Shown here piece after piece: positions 9,413 to 18,074 of a stretch of 64,000 nucleotides of DNA. Under the pieces are notes generated by a model. It was not told where the DNA came from, did no database searches, and was given only the letters and a program-made list of their open reading frames with translations. The DNA lies in the NCBI GenBank assembly GCA_003484955.1, contig DMZH01000003.1:47815-111814 (forward strand). The letters are read 5' to 3'. Position 1 is the first letter of the stretch; the number at the start of each line of letters is the position of its first letter. Source of the stretch: Candidatus Woesebacteria bacterium (GTDB lineage: Bacteria; Patescibacteriota; Microgenomatia; UBA8517). Made by a program: the position numbers and the translations under genes.

Positions 9413-10291
9413 ATGTCACTGACTAGAGCAGAATCCTCATATTATGTATATTTAACTGAACGCATGGATAAGGGCGAGAGTAAAAACATAGTTATTCCAA
9501 CAACTGTTGACCTTATCTCCAAACACTCACAACTCAAATCCGTAGTTAAAATATTAGATATTGGTTGTTTTAACGGAGCAATGCTTAATCAAATAAGACT
9601 CGGTACACCAGCTGAACTCAGGCAACGGGTTAGTTATACCGGAGCAGAAATTGACGGAAGTTTAATAGAAGATGGTAGAAAGAGATATCCAGAATTAAAT
9701 TTTCGTAAATTAAATTTGCAGGAACAATTACCAGACCTAGAACAATATGACATTGTTATATTATCAAATGTTTTACATGAAGTTATACCAAATAGCGAAA
9801 ATATAGATGTTGAGAAAGTAATTGGTGCATCATTAAAAAAGATTTCTTCACTTGTAACTGCAGATGGAGATTTGTTAATTTTAGACGGCTTAAGACCTGA
9901 CAACGATACTGATATTGTAGAGGTATGTTTTGCCACAAGTGAAGTTCATGAACTTTATAAGCAATTTGCCGAGAAATACACCGCTTTTAAAATATATGCA
10001 ACAGATCTTGGAGAAAATATAATTCAAACCAGAGTTAAGGATTTAGCAGCATTTCTTACTAAAGCAAGGTATTTGTTTGAAAGTTATTGGTCAATTGAAT
10101 CACAACAAATTTATCAATACTTCAACAAGCAGCAATTTACCAAAGCGCTACAATTATCAGGCTTCAGAATTGAAAGGCTTGAGCCGCAAAGATTTGATCA
10201 GGAGCATGTAGATAGAATGTTTTCCTCTATAACGCCTAAGATCGAATATCCTGCCAAAAATTTGTTAATTGTAGCGACTAAGAATAACTAA
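9413..10291 (+). CDS. class I SAM-dependent methyltransferase
   Basis: ILDIGCFNG motif I, YDIVILSNVLHE. Confidence 0.85.
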   Translation: MSLTRAESSYYVYLTERMDKGESKNIVIPTTVDLISKHSQLKSVVKILDIGCFNGAMLNQIRLGTPAELRQRVSYTGAEIDGSLIEDGRKRYPELNFRKLNLQEQLPDLEQYDIVILSNVLHEVIPNSENIDVEKVIGASLKKISSLVTADGDLLILDGLRPDNDTDIVEVCFATSEVHELYKQFAEKYTAFKIYATDLGENIIQTRVKDLAAFLTKARYLFESYWSIESQQIYQYFNKQQFTKALQLSGFRIERLEPQRFDQEHVDRMFSSITPKIEYPAKNLLIVATKNN

Positions 10292-11310
10292 CTTGCATTT
10301 AGAATGTCATGGATCGTCTTGGACACTTGGCCAAGATTTCCACCAGATACGCTCATTATTCCACTTTTTTTAACCATTTGGTTGATACAGTCTACTCGCC
10401 TATTGTGTTTATCTTCAGTATCCAACGAAGGCATGTAACCTAAAAACTTTGCTTCTTTACTAAATACACTTATAGCTGATCCTCTTACAATTCTAGACAT
10501 ATCTTCATACAATCGATACAAAAATGGAATTCCATCATCTTTTTCAACCAACAGAGGATCCTGTTCTTTACTGTCCAGGTGAATCTCAAAGATTGCATCT
10601 AATTTGTTAGGTTCTAGAGCTGAAACAAGACCTATTTGTTCGGGATTAACTGAAATTTTATCTTCCCAAGCCGATCCATTTGTCCCATGAAATAAGTCTG
10701 CTAAATCGGGAAAATTTCTTAAAACTGTTGACAGTCGTAATCTCAAATCCTTTGTACCATTAATTAAGTTTATGTCACCCGAGGCAGAATTATGCGATAC
10801 AACAGTTAAGTCGTTCGATACGACTTGCCCATTATATTTCCGACATAAATCAAGCATCACAGAAGTCTTTCCTGCACCACTATGCCCTAGTAACAACACT
10901 CCCTTACCATCAATGGTTAAGGCTGACGAGTGTAGCGTAAACAATGATTTCTCTTGTCTTTGAGCTTCCATTAACCAATAACTTGTCCACAAAACAGCCT
11001 GTCCATCTATGAAGTCGTCTTTACTTCCCATTAAGATGACTGAGGTTGTTTCTTCGTCAAACCTGAGTGATTTTGTATCACTTTCTATAAGAATTAATGA
11101 GGCCGAATTTTCCACTTTTGATTGGCCCACTATTAAACCAGGTACTATCCCTGAAAGATCTGCAATATTTGTTAATAAATCAACCTTTCGATCGTCAAAC
11201 TCTGTAAACAAATTGACACTCCCCTCTGGGGTTTGAAGATTGCCTTTAAAACCAGCTTGAGCAAATTTTTCTTTATCCTTGTTTCCGATTAAGCCTTCGC
11301 GTTCAGGCAT
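10288..11310 (-). CDS. HPr kinase-related P-loop protein
   Basis: LHSSALTIDGKGVLLLGHSGAGKTS followed by VVSNDL. Confidence 0.7.
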   Translation of the reverse strand: MPEREGLIGNKDKEKFAQAGFKGNLQTPEGSVNLFTEFDDRKVDLLTNIADLSGIVPGLIVGQSKVENSASLILIESDTKSLRFDEETTSVILMGSKDDFIDGQAVLWTSYWLMEAQRQEKSLFTLHSSALTIDGKGVLLLGHSGAGKTSVMLDLCRKYNGQVVSNDLTVVSHNSASGDINLINGTKDLRLRLSTVLRNFPDLADLFHGTNGSAWEDKISVNPEQIGLVSALEPNKLDAIFEIHLDSKEQDPLLVEKDDGIPFLYRLYEDMSRIVRGSAISVFSKEAKFLGYMPSLDTEDKHNRRVDCINQMVKKSGIMSVSGGNLGQVSKTIHDILNAS

Positions 11311-11342
11311 GGCCTGTATTATATCACTATAAGAAGATTAAA

Positions 11343-11801
11343 TTAATTTATTTCGCCCAAGTAGCCTATTGGACCATTAAAACCGTTTTTGTAGTCATTT
11401 AGAATTCTTCTTACAAGACCTTTTGGCTTTATGTTGTATTGATCAAGTTTGTTTAAATCTAGCCATATTTCCCTGTGTGTATCTTTGTATTCTTCATCTA
11501 CAACACCATCTATCTCTTCAAATTTATCAACATCGCCTAGAACAAAAAGTTCTAAACTATGTTCGTTTTCTTCAAGAATTATAAAATCTCTCACATATAA
11601 TATCTTTTTGAAAGTAAATTTTGCTTTACATTCTTCCTCTATTTCCCTTTCACAAGCACGTTTGATAGTCTCACCATATTCCATTTTGCCACCAATAAAG
11701 AAATAAAAATCCTCATCGCTCACATAGGACATAAGTATTTTATTATTTTTGATAATAACTAGTCTCATTCGTACTTTTATTTTTTTTGCAACTTCATCCA
11801 T
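11343..11801 (-). CDS. NUDIX hydrolase
   Basis: GGKMEYGETIKRACEREIEEE Nudix box. Confidence 0.85.
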   Translation of the reverse strand: MDEVAKKIKVRMRLVIIKNNKILMSYVSDEDFYFFIGGKMEYGETIKRACEREIEEECKAKFTFKKILYVRDFIILEENEHSLELFVLGDVDKFEEIDGVVDEEYKDTHREIWLDLNKLDQYNIKPKGLVRRILNDYKNGFNGPIGYLGEIN

Positions 11802-11969
11802 ACCGAGACAGTTTAATATACTCTGAACCAAAATGAAATATCTTGAAAAAGTTAAGCTAAATAAATTTTAATGCAGGTAGTTTAGAATGGATGATTCTTC
11901 CTAAATAATCCATTTCAATAATTTGTCTAGCTCTTCTTGGCTTTGGCAACTTGAATTTAAATTTGAAGT

Positions 11970-12014
11970 TCAAAAATGGAGATGCAAATTGTGAATTCCC
12001 ACGGATAATCCCAT
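11970..12014 (-). pseudogene. orphan ychF 5' fragment (MGLSVGIHNLHLHF*)
   Basis: ATG GGA TTA TCC GTG GGA ATT preceded by TGATAAAAT; 6 of the first 7 residues match YchF. Confidence 0.55.
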
Positions 12015-12031
12015 ACTCTGTATTTTATCAC

Positions 12032-12580
12032 TCACCGACTGAGATTGTTTTCGGATTCAAAATAGAGAAGTAAAACAGCTAAACTGATTCCACATTTTAT
12101 TTTGCCTGAATGTATCAAACTTATTATCTCTTGTTTACTATACTTCTCGACCGATAAAATATCTTTCTCCAAACCCAATGATCTTGTTTCTGTTAAATTC
12201 TGAGCTAAATAGGCAATAATTTTTGTTGTTTCGTGCCCGGGGGCCACATAAAACTCTCCAATTTTGTTCCACTTCATGGCCTTTATTCCAGTTTCCTCAA
12301 ACAATTCACGCTTGGCAGAAGCAAGATGTGTTCCTGAATCCACCATTCCTGCTGGCAATTGCAATATCCTCTTGTCTAAAGGATACCTATACTCTCTTAT
12401 AAAGACGATTTTGTTATCTTTAGTTTTGGCTATAACAAAAACAGCTGGTTTCTTTCTGATTAAGAAATAAATGTCATTTTCAGAAATTTTATGTTTCTCA
12501 ACAGAAAACCATGGATTTTTGTGGATTACTTTTTTTACAATCATATCTTTATTGGCTGACATCATGTTTCCTGAGGCCAT
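12032..12580 (-). CDS. NUDIX hydrolase, ADP-ribose pyrophosphatase-like
   Basis: EYRYP, LPAG, AKRELFEETG, FYVAPG. Confidence 0.88.
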   Translation of the reverse strand: MASGNMMSANKDMIVKKVIHKNPWFSVEKHKISENDIYFLIRKKPAVFVIAKTKDNKIVFIREYRYPLDKRILQLPAGMVDSGTHLASAKRELFEETGIKAMKWNKIGEFYVAPGHETTKIIAYLAQNLTETRSLGLEKDILSVEKYSKQEIISLIHSGKIKCGISLAVLLLYFESENNLSR

Positions 12581-12625
12581 TTTAACACAATTGGTTTATT
12601 GTTTAACAAATCTCTCCTTAATTTT

Positions 12626-12675
12626 TGGTAATATCTGGCAACATCTGGAAATATCTGGTAGTATTAGGCAATGTT
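12626..12675 (+). promoter_or_regulatory. five phased 10-bp direct repeats over the Fic gene start
   Basis: tggtaatatc tggcaacatc tggaaatatc tggtagtatt aggcaatgtt. Confidence 0.65.
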
Positions 12676-13657
12676 GATTCCTCCAAAATATTTTCTCAAT
12701 ACTAATATCTCTAAACTTCTATCTAAAATAGAGGCTGCCAAAGAGATTGTTGAAAATATATCAATTCCCCCCGAAGTTGAATTAAACATCAGGCGCAAGT
12801 CAACTTTGAAAAGTTCCGTTTTTTCGGCAAGAATTGAGGGTAATCCCACACTTCTGGATGATTATTCAAGGCTTTCCTCAAAAGACAAAAAGAGAGTTGA
12901 AATAGAAAATATCTTAAAAGCAATAAATTGGATTCAGGAAAGGAACAAAAAAGATATTTCCGTAAAAGACATTTTGACTTTGCACTCAATCGTTATGAAA
13001 GGGATTGAATATGAAGAATTGGGAAAATTCAGAAAGAAGCATGAAGGTATATTCACAACTGCAGGGACTGTTGTCTATCATGCTCCCCCTCCTAGCCTAA
13101 TACCCAAGCTGATTGAAAGACTTTTGAAGTATACCAATGGCAACAAGGAAACCCTTGTTCCTGTTAAGGCGCTTCTTTCCCACTTTGTTTTCGAAAAAAT
13201 ACATCCATTTACAGACGGCAGCGGAAGGGTCGGAAGACTTTTTATCTTGATGGTACTGACAAAAAATGATTATGGACTTAAAGGAATTTTACCATTTGAA
13301 GAGAAAGTCGATAAAAGACGTGAGACTTATTACAAAATGCTTGAAGAGCCAGAACGTGACACCACAAATTACCTGGAATTTATGCTTGAATTGATTGCCG
13401 AGGCGGCCACAGAAGCAAAAGGGCTAGTGCTCAAAAAACAAAAGGTTGAAAGCTACGACACGCTTTTACCCAGAAGGGGTGAAATACTACGGCTTATAAA
13501 TGACCAAAAAATAATCAACTTTGACAGCATCAGAAGGAGATTTAAAAATGTTAACGAAAGGACGCTACGCTACGATTTAATGAGGTTGGCAAAAGAAGGT
13601 TTTATCCAAAAAATGGGTTCTACCCGTGGTGTGTATTATAAACCCAAGAACTCATAA
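12671..13657 (+). CDS. Fic family protein with C-terminal winged HTH
   Basis: SARIEGN inhibitory motif, IHPFTDGSGRVGR Fic motif, NERTLRYDL HTH. Confidence 0.92.
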   Translation: MLIPPKYFLNTNISKLLSKIEAAKEIVENISIPPEVELNIRRKSTLKSSVFSARIEGNPTLLDDYSRLSSKDKKRVEIENILKAINWIQERNKKDISVKDILTLHSIVMKGIEYEELGKFRKKHEGIFTTAGTVVYHAPPPSLIPKLIERLLKYTNGNKETLVPVKALLSHFVFEKIHPFTDGSGRVGRLFILMVLTKNDYGLKGILPFEEKVDKRRETYYKMLEEPERDTTNYLEFMLELIAEAATEAKGLVLKKQKVESYDTLLPRRGEILRLINDQKIINFDSIRRRFKNVNERTLRYDLMRLAKEGFIQKMGSTRGVYYKPKNS

Positions 13658-13659
13658 AA

Positions 13660-14427
13660 TTATCCTTCTCGAGAATTTAAGTCGACTTCCATATTCCATT
13701 CTTTTTCATATTCCTTGGTAAACTGATCAAATCTTTCAAACTTTTCGCGTCGGTTTAGTCCCTGGTTCAAAAGCTCATCAACCATGCCTTTTACTTGTTC
13801 TATCTTTAGATTCAATTCCGATGAAATTCTATCAATTGCGCGATCATATTCGTTAAAGATTTCAAATGTGTCAAAAGTACAAACTCTCCTAACCAAAAAT
13901 TTGTAAAAACCATCGTTTACATGGGGATTCTTGCCTCTGGCTATGGGTAAACCAATCGAATTTCTTAATTCATTTTTTCTGTCCTGAACATCTTTTCTTA
14001 ACAATCTTTCGTAATCCTGATTAAAACGTCGAGAGGAAGACTTGTGTAATTTCATCAAATATTTTTCCGGGTCGTAGAAATCTTCAGGCTCCGATTCTGA
14101 TATACTTTTGAGGCTGGTTTCTTCCCAAAAAGCGGGTTGGAAAACCTTTTCTCCCGATGATTTTTTATGTTTCTTGTGGTCTTTTGCCCTTCCGAGTTCT
14201 CCGGATGTGTAAAGCGGAATTTTTCTGCCCTTCTCAAGCATTTGATTTTTTATGAGATTGACCCGCTCGGCAAACCTGGGATCATCCGACATTACCCCAA
14301 GATAAAAATCCATTACCATCTGGTTATTCTCATCCATATCTTCCCTTTTAATTTTTCCGGACAGAAAAAGAGCTAGTGTGTGAGCAATGTCTTGATTGTT
14401 GGTGCCTCTTTGTTGTTCAGAACTCAT
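13660..14427 (-). CDS. hypothetical protein
   Basis: 255-aa ORF with AAGGAG SD, no recognised motif. Confidence 0.65.
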   Translation of the reverse strand: MSSEQQRGTNNQDIAHTLALFLSGKIKREDMDENNQMVMDFYLGVMSDDPRFAERVNLIKNQMLEKGRKIPLYTSGELGRAKDHKKHKKSSGEKVFQPAFWEETSLKSISESEPEDFYDPEKYLMKLHKSSSRRFNQDYERLLRKDVQDRKNELRNSIGLPIARGKNPHVNDGFYKFLVRRVCTFDTFEIFNEYDRAIDRISSELNLKIEQVKGMVDELLNQGLNRREKFERFDQFTKEYEKEWNMEVDLNSREG

Positions 14428-14485
14428 GAATTTCTCCTTATGCCCCCGTACTATACCAGATTTTTTTCCGTATGCAATTTTCCAA

Positions 14486-14545
14486 CAAAAAACCGGAGAT
14501 AAACATCATCTTTTAAAAAACAAAGATGAAGCTTAGAGCTCCGGA
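14486..14545 (-). terminator. hairpin terminator downstream of the 14568-14918 gene
   Basis: ccggag/ctccgg and catcttt/aaagatg stems, T-run on the minus strand. Confidence 0.5.
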
Positions 14546-14567
14546 TTTGCTAAAACAATTTCAAAAA

Positions 14568-14918
14568 CTATTGAGAGGTGTCTCTTCCGACAGAACCTGT
14601 TAATATCAGTATCTGTCTGCCGTCTAAAACGACATAAACATTCCCAACTTCTTCAATATCAGGATCGGATGATCCGCAAGACGGTAAGTTAATAGCCTTA
14701 CCACCGGATCCGCCTTCACCTGTGGCAACAACTGCCCGTAAAATAAAAACAGGGCTGCCTGTCAGATCGTAGCCAATTCTGTTTGTCACGACTTGATAGC
14801 CATCGGGTGCAGTACATCCAGCGCCGTTTGCCAATGCTGGCAATATAAAGACAAAAAACGACACAAAAATAACTGCCACCAAAACTGCAAGGGATATCTT
14901 CAAACCTTTCTTTTCCAT
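14568..14918 (-). CDS. small secreted or membrane-anchored hypothetical protein
   Basis: AGGAGG SD, N-terminal signal/TM segment, two Cys. Confidence 0.65.
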   Translation of the reverse strand: MEKKGLKISLAVLVAVIFVSFFVFILPALANGAGCTAPDGYQVVTNRIGYDLTGSPVFILRAVVATGEGGSGGKAINLPSCGSSDPDIEEVGNVYVVLDGRQILILTGSVGRDTSQ

Positions 14919-15026
14919 CGCGTCCTCCTTTGGACTAAAACTAAGTTCTTGAAATTTAAGGTACTAAAAAAACATTCCAGGCGCACGCCTAGATGGGCAA
15001 AATTCTAACACTATAAGTCTAAATTG

Positions 15027-15458
15027 TCAAGCTATAGGATCTGTTGGGATTGGCTTTGAAGCTTTACGGTTAAGGAGGATTCCCAAAATAAATACTGTTA
15101 TCATGTCCAGTTGACAGAGAACACAGACAGGACAAATTACATGAAGTTGGAATAGCTCACGGTAGGCAATATAAAGACAGAATGCCAGGCCAAAGGCAGC
15201 CATTCCTAAAACCAATTTGGCGTTTTTCTTGAATGCCGCGAAAAGAATTATTATGTAGCCAACAAGACCGATTAGAGGTGTCGGAATTCCTAAAGTCTTT
15301 GACACTTCCCCACTTATAACGGCGTCACAATTAACTGTCGCGTTTATGTTGCAAGGCTGAAAACTGGGGCGGAAAATTTGCTCCCAAAGAAGAAAAAGTG
15401 CTAGAAAAATTCCAAGTCCTGCTAAAATCTTAATCCAATTAAAAAACTTTTCTTTCAT
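15027..15458 (-). CDS. vitamin K epoxide reductase (VKOR) family protein
   Basis: CNINATVNCDAVISG loop, CPVC motif, 4 TM. Confidence 0.9.
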   Translation of the reverse strand: MKEKFFNWIKILAGLGIFLALFLLWEQIFRPSFQPCNINATVNCDAVISGEVSKTLGIPTPLIGLVGYIIILFAAFKKNAKLVLGMAAFGLAFCLYIAYRELFQLHVICPVCVLCQLDMITVFILGILLNRKASKPIPTDPIA

Positions 15459-15538
15459 CTGTGTAATTCTATAACAACACTCAACAAAACCGCAAGCATT
15501 TTTAATTACTTCTTGCAGCCATATGATAGAATGGCAGC

Positions 15539-15898
15539 ATGAGCCAAGAACGTAGGCAGAATCACAATCAAAAACACGATTGGGGTGAATCCCCCATAAT
15601 AAGTCATCTTCTTGTTGTAAATTTTGACAGAATCAGGGAGATAAGAGATTTTGCCCGGCAACAAGAGGAGTTGCAAATATTTAGAAAGCTGCTGATATCC
15701 CCTCTCGTTATTAGTAACATACCTGACGATATTATAAAAAGCCTCAAAATAGACATCACCCACCCCAAAACGGACGAGGAGGATCTGGTTCCTACCGAAC
15801 CAGTACTTTTTGGGGTCAGAGAAAATTTAATTAATGAGTTTGGCCATGAAGTAGTTCGCAGAATTAATATTTCTTTATCAAACGGTACCGAAATTTGA
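15539..15898 (+). CDS. hypothetical protein
   Basis: 119-aa ORF preceded by TGATAGAAT. Confidence 0.55.
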   Translation: MSQERRQNHNQKHDWGESPIISHLLVVNFDRIREIRDFARQQEELQIFRKLLISPLVISNIPDDIIKSLKIDITHPKTDEEDLVPTEPVLFGVRENLINEFGHEVVRRINISLSNGTEI

Positions 15899-16909
15899 CG
15901 CAAACTGCACGCTAAAAGTACTTCCGTTCCCTATTTTGCTCTGAACCTTTATTTTTGCTCCTAACCTTTCCGCAATTGATTTGACAATAGAAAGCCCAAG
16001 TCCGAAGCCTTCTGTGTTTTCTTTTGATCTTGAAGAATCTGCCCTGTAAAATCTGTCGAAAACACGAGGAAGGTCATTTTTTGCTATCCCTATTCCGAAA
16101 TCGCGGACAACTAAAAATCCACCTTTTTTGGTTGAAACTTCTATTTTTTTAGCTTTCCCTGAATACTTTATGGCGTTTTCGATAAGAATACTTGCAAGCT
16201 CAGTTATATATTCCTCGTTGCTGTTCACGTAGACCTTAGCAATATTTTTAACAATCCTAATTTTATTTTGCTTGGCGTAAGAACCTTTACTTTTAATTAC
16301 TCTCGAGATTACGTTTCCAAGATCAATTTTGTCCATTTTCATATCAACTTCGGAGTTCTCAAATCTATGCAGTTTCAGAAGATAATTAGAAAGTTTTTGC
16401 ATGCCATTTATATCATCCAGATTGCTCTTCAAAATATTTTTGGCCTGCATCGGACTTAACTTCTTATCACGCAAGGCTACCTCAATTTCAGTTTTAAGCG
16501 AGGTCAGTGGTGTACGAAGTTCATGGCTGGCATTACTGATAAATTCTTTTTGTTCTTTGACCATCTTAGAGATAGGGTCCAGTGTCAAACCCGCCAAAAG
16601 ATACCCGCCAATCCCTGAAATAACCAAAATTGAGACATTAATAAGGCCAAGTGCGTAGATCACTCTAAGTCTTGCATGTTCTACTGTTTCCATCTCGAGA
16701 GACTGAGTCTCCAGTGGGAACGGAAGACTGTTTTGAATTAGAAATTCTCTTAGATCATCGAGTCTTGCTTCTCTCTCTTTCTGAAGATTATCTACCCGAA
16801 TCAGTTCTCTGTTTATACCAACATAAATAATTACAGAAAAAGAAAGGCTCACGATCATAATAATGACCGAGTACCAAACAGTTAACTTTATACGTGCTTC
16901 CTTAAACAT
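15878..16909 (-). CDS. two-component sensor histidine kinase
   Basis: ASHELRTPL H-box, ENAIKYS, DFGIGI, GFGLGLSI. Confidence 0.95.
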   Translation of the reverse strand: MFKEARIKLTVWYSVIIMIVSLSFSVIIYVGINRELIRVDNLQKEREARLDDLREFLIQNSLPFPLETQSLEMETVEHARLRVIYALGLINVSILVISGIGGYLLAGLTLDPISKMVKEQKEFISNASHELRTPLTSLKTEIEVALRDKKLSPMQAKNILKSNLDDINGMQKLSNYLLKLHRFENSEVDMKMDKIDLGNVISRVIKSKGSYAKQNKIRIVKNIAKVYVNSNEEYITELASILIENAIKYSGKAKKIEVSTKKGGFLVVRDFGIGIAKNDLPRVFDRFYRADSSRSKENTEGFGLGLSIVKSIAERLGAKIKVQSKIGNGSTFSVQFASNFGTV

Positions 16910-16912
16910 TTT

Positions 16913-17563
16913 TCAAATCCTGTATCCAAACCCCCTTACGGTATGAATTAAATCGTTACCGAGCTTGTCGCGAAGATAGCCAATAAAAACCTCTACTGTG
17001 TTTGGTAGAATATCCGCTTCGTAATTCCATACATGGGCAATTATATTTTCTTTAGAAACCACCTTCCCGGAATTTCTCATTAAATACTCCAAGATTGCAA
17101 ATTCTTTTCTGGAAAGTTCGATGTTTTTACCATTCTTTTTTACTTCAAAAGTATTCGTGTTCAAAACTAAATCATTAACTCTTAGTTCTGAACTTTGAGT
17201 TTCTTTTGGACGCCTGACAAGTGCTCTAACTCTTGCCAAAAGCTCTTCAAATGCAAATGGTTTAACAAGATAGTCGTCGGCTCCGCTGTCCAAACCCTCA
17301 ACCCTATCCCCAACTGCACCCCTTGCCGTAAGCATGAGTATTGGGGTATGGTTGCCCGCTTTTCTCAACTTTTTACAAATCTCGATGCCGGGCATTTTTG
17401 GAAGCATCAAGTCCAGCACTATAACGTCATAATCCTCCGTTGAGGCCAGATCGTAACCTTCTTCACCATCATAGGCAACATCGGTAGCCCACGTTTCCTG
17501 TTCAAAACCGCGTTTTATGGAGTTTGCGATTTTATGCTCGTCTTCAATTACTAAAATTCTCAT
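16913..17563 (-). CDS. OmpR-family response regulator
   Basis: MRILVIEDE, LDLMLP, GADDYLVKPF, TVRGFGY; start moved to the ATG at 17563. Confidence 0.95.
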   Translation of the reverse strand: MRILVIEDEHKIANSIKRGFEQETWATDVAYDGEEGYDLASTEDYDVIVLDLMLPKMPGIEICKKLRKAGNHTPILMLTARGAVGDRVEGLDSGADDYLVKPFAFEELLARVRALVRRPKETQSSELRVNDLVLNTNTFEVKKNGKNIELSRKEFAILEYLMRNSGKVVSKENIIAHVWNYEADILPNTVEVFIGYLRDKLGNDLIHTVRGFGYRI

Positions 17564-17634
17564 AATATAAAGGGCAATGATGTCTTGCCTTGGCAAGACT
17601 GAATATGTTCATTTTCCATCACCAATAATCGCAT
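17560..17634 (-). CDS. 24-aa upstream ORF that begins as a diverged copy of the response-regulator N-terminus
   Basis: MRLLVMENEH versus MRILVIEDEH; TGA stop overlaps the regulator ATG (ATGA). Confidence 0.5.
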   Translation of the reverse strand: MRLLVMENEHIQSCQGKTSLPFIL

Positions 17635-17750
17635 AATGAGACTATATTATACCCCCACAGTCTTAAAACCAGCTGAAAATATTTTTGTGGTAAAAAGAAA
17701 AAACAAATCAAGAGTTGATTTTCTTACCGTTTTCAGACAAAATTTCCCAT

Positions 17751-18074
17751 ATGACCAAATACAAGGCGTATTTTGACAAGATGGTTTCAGAAAACAAAGA
17801 TGCTTTTAATAAATTCACCAAAGCGCACTTCGAATATTCAATTGATCAAGAGAAAAACCAGGAGGAATTTAATAAAATCGGTGCCGAAATCCTTAATATT
17901 ATCCATGAATGGGAAGACAGGCTCTGCAAACAATCCGAAAACGCCGGATTCGGTTCCTATACTTCAAATCTTGCTGAGAAATTTCAAACTGAAATAAAAA
18001 GTCATTTTCCTTTAATCGACCACATAGGAATAGTTGTCAATAAATTTTCAATTAAAAAAATTAAACTTCACTAG
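17751..18074 (+). CDS. hypothetical protein
   Basis: Compact helical ORF (WEDRLC), plausible ATG at 17751. Confidence 0.7.
   Translation: MTKYKAYFDKMVSENKDAFNKFTKAHFEYSIDQEKNQEEFNKIGAEILNIIHEWEDRLCKQSENAGFGSYTSNLAEKFQTEIKSHFPLIDHIGIVVNKFSIKKIKLH

Larger units (their letters stand above)
7963..12014. mobile_element. putative genomic island inserted at the ychF 5' end
   Basis: Orphan ychF-like start MGLSVGI at 11994-12014 versus MSLSVGI of ychF; AT-richer accessory genes and gene-tail fragments lie between; no integrase seen. Confidence 0.5.
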
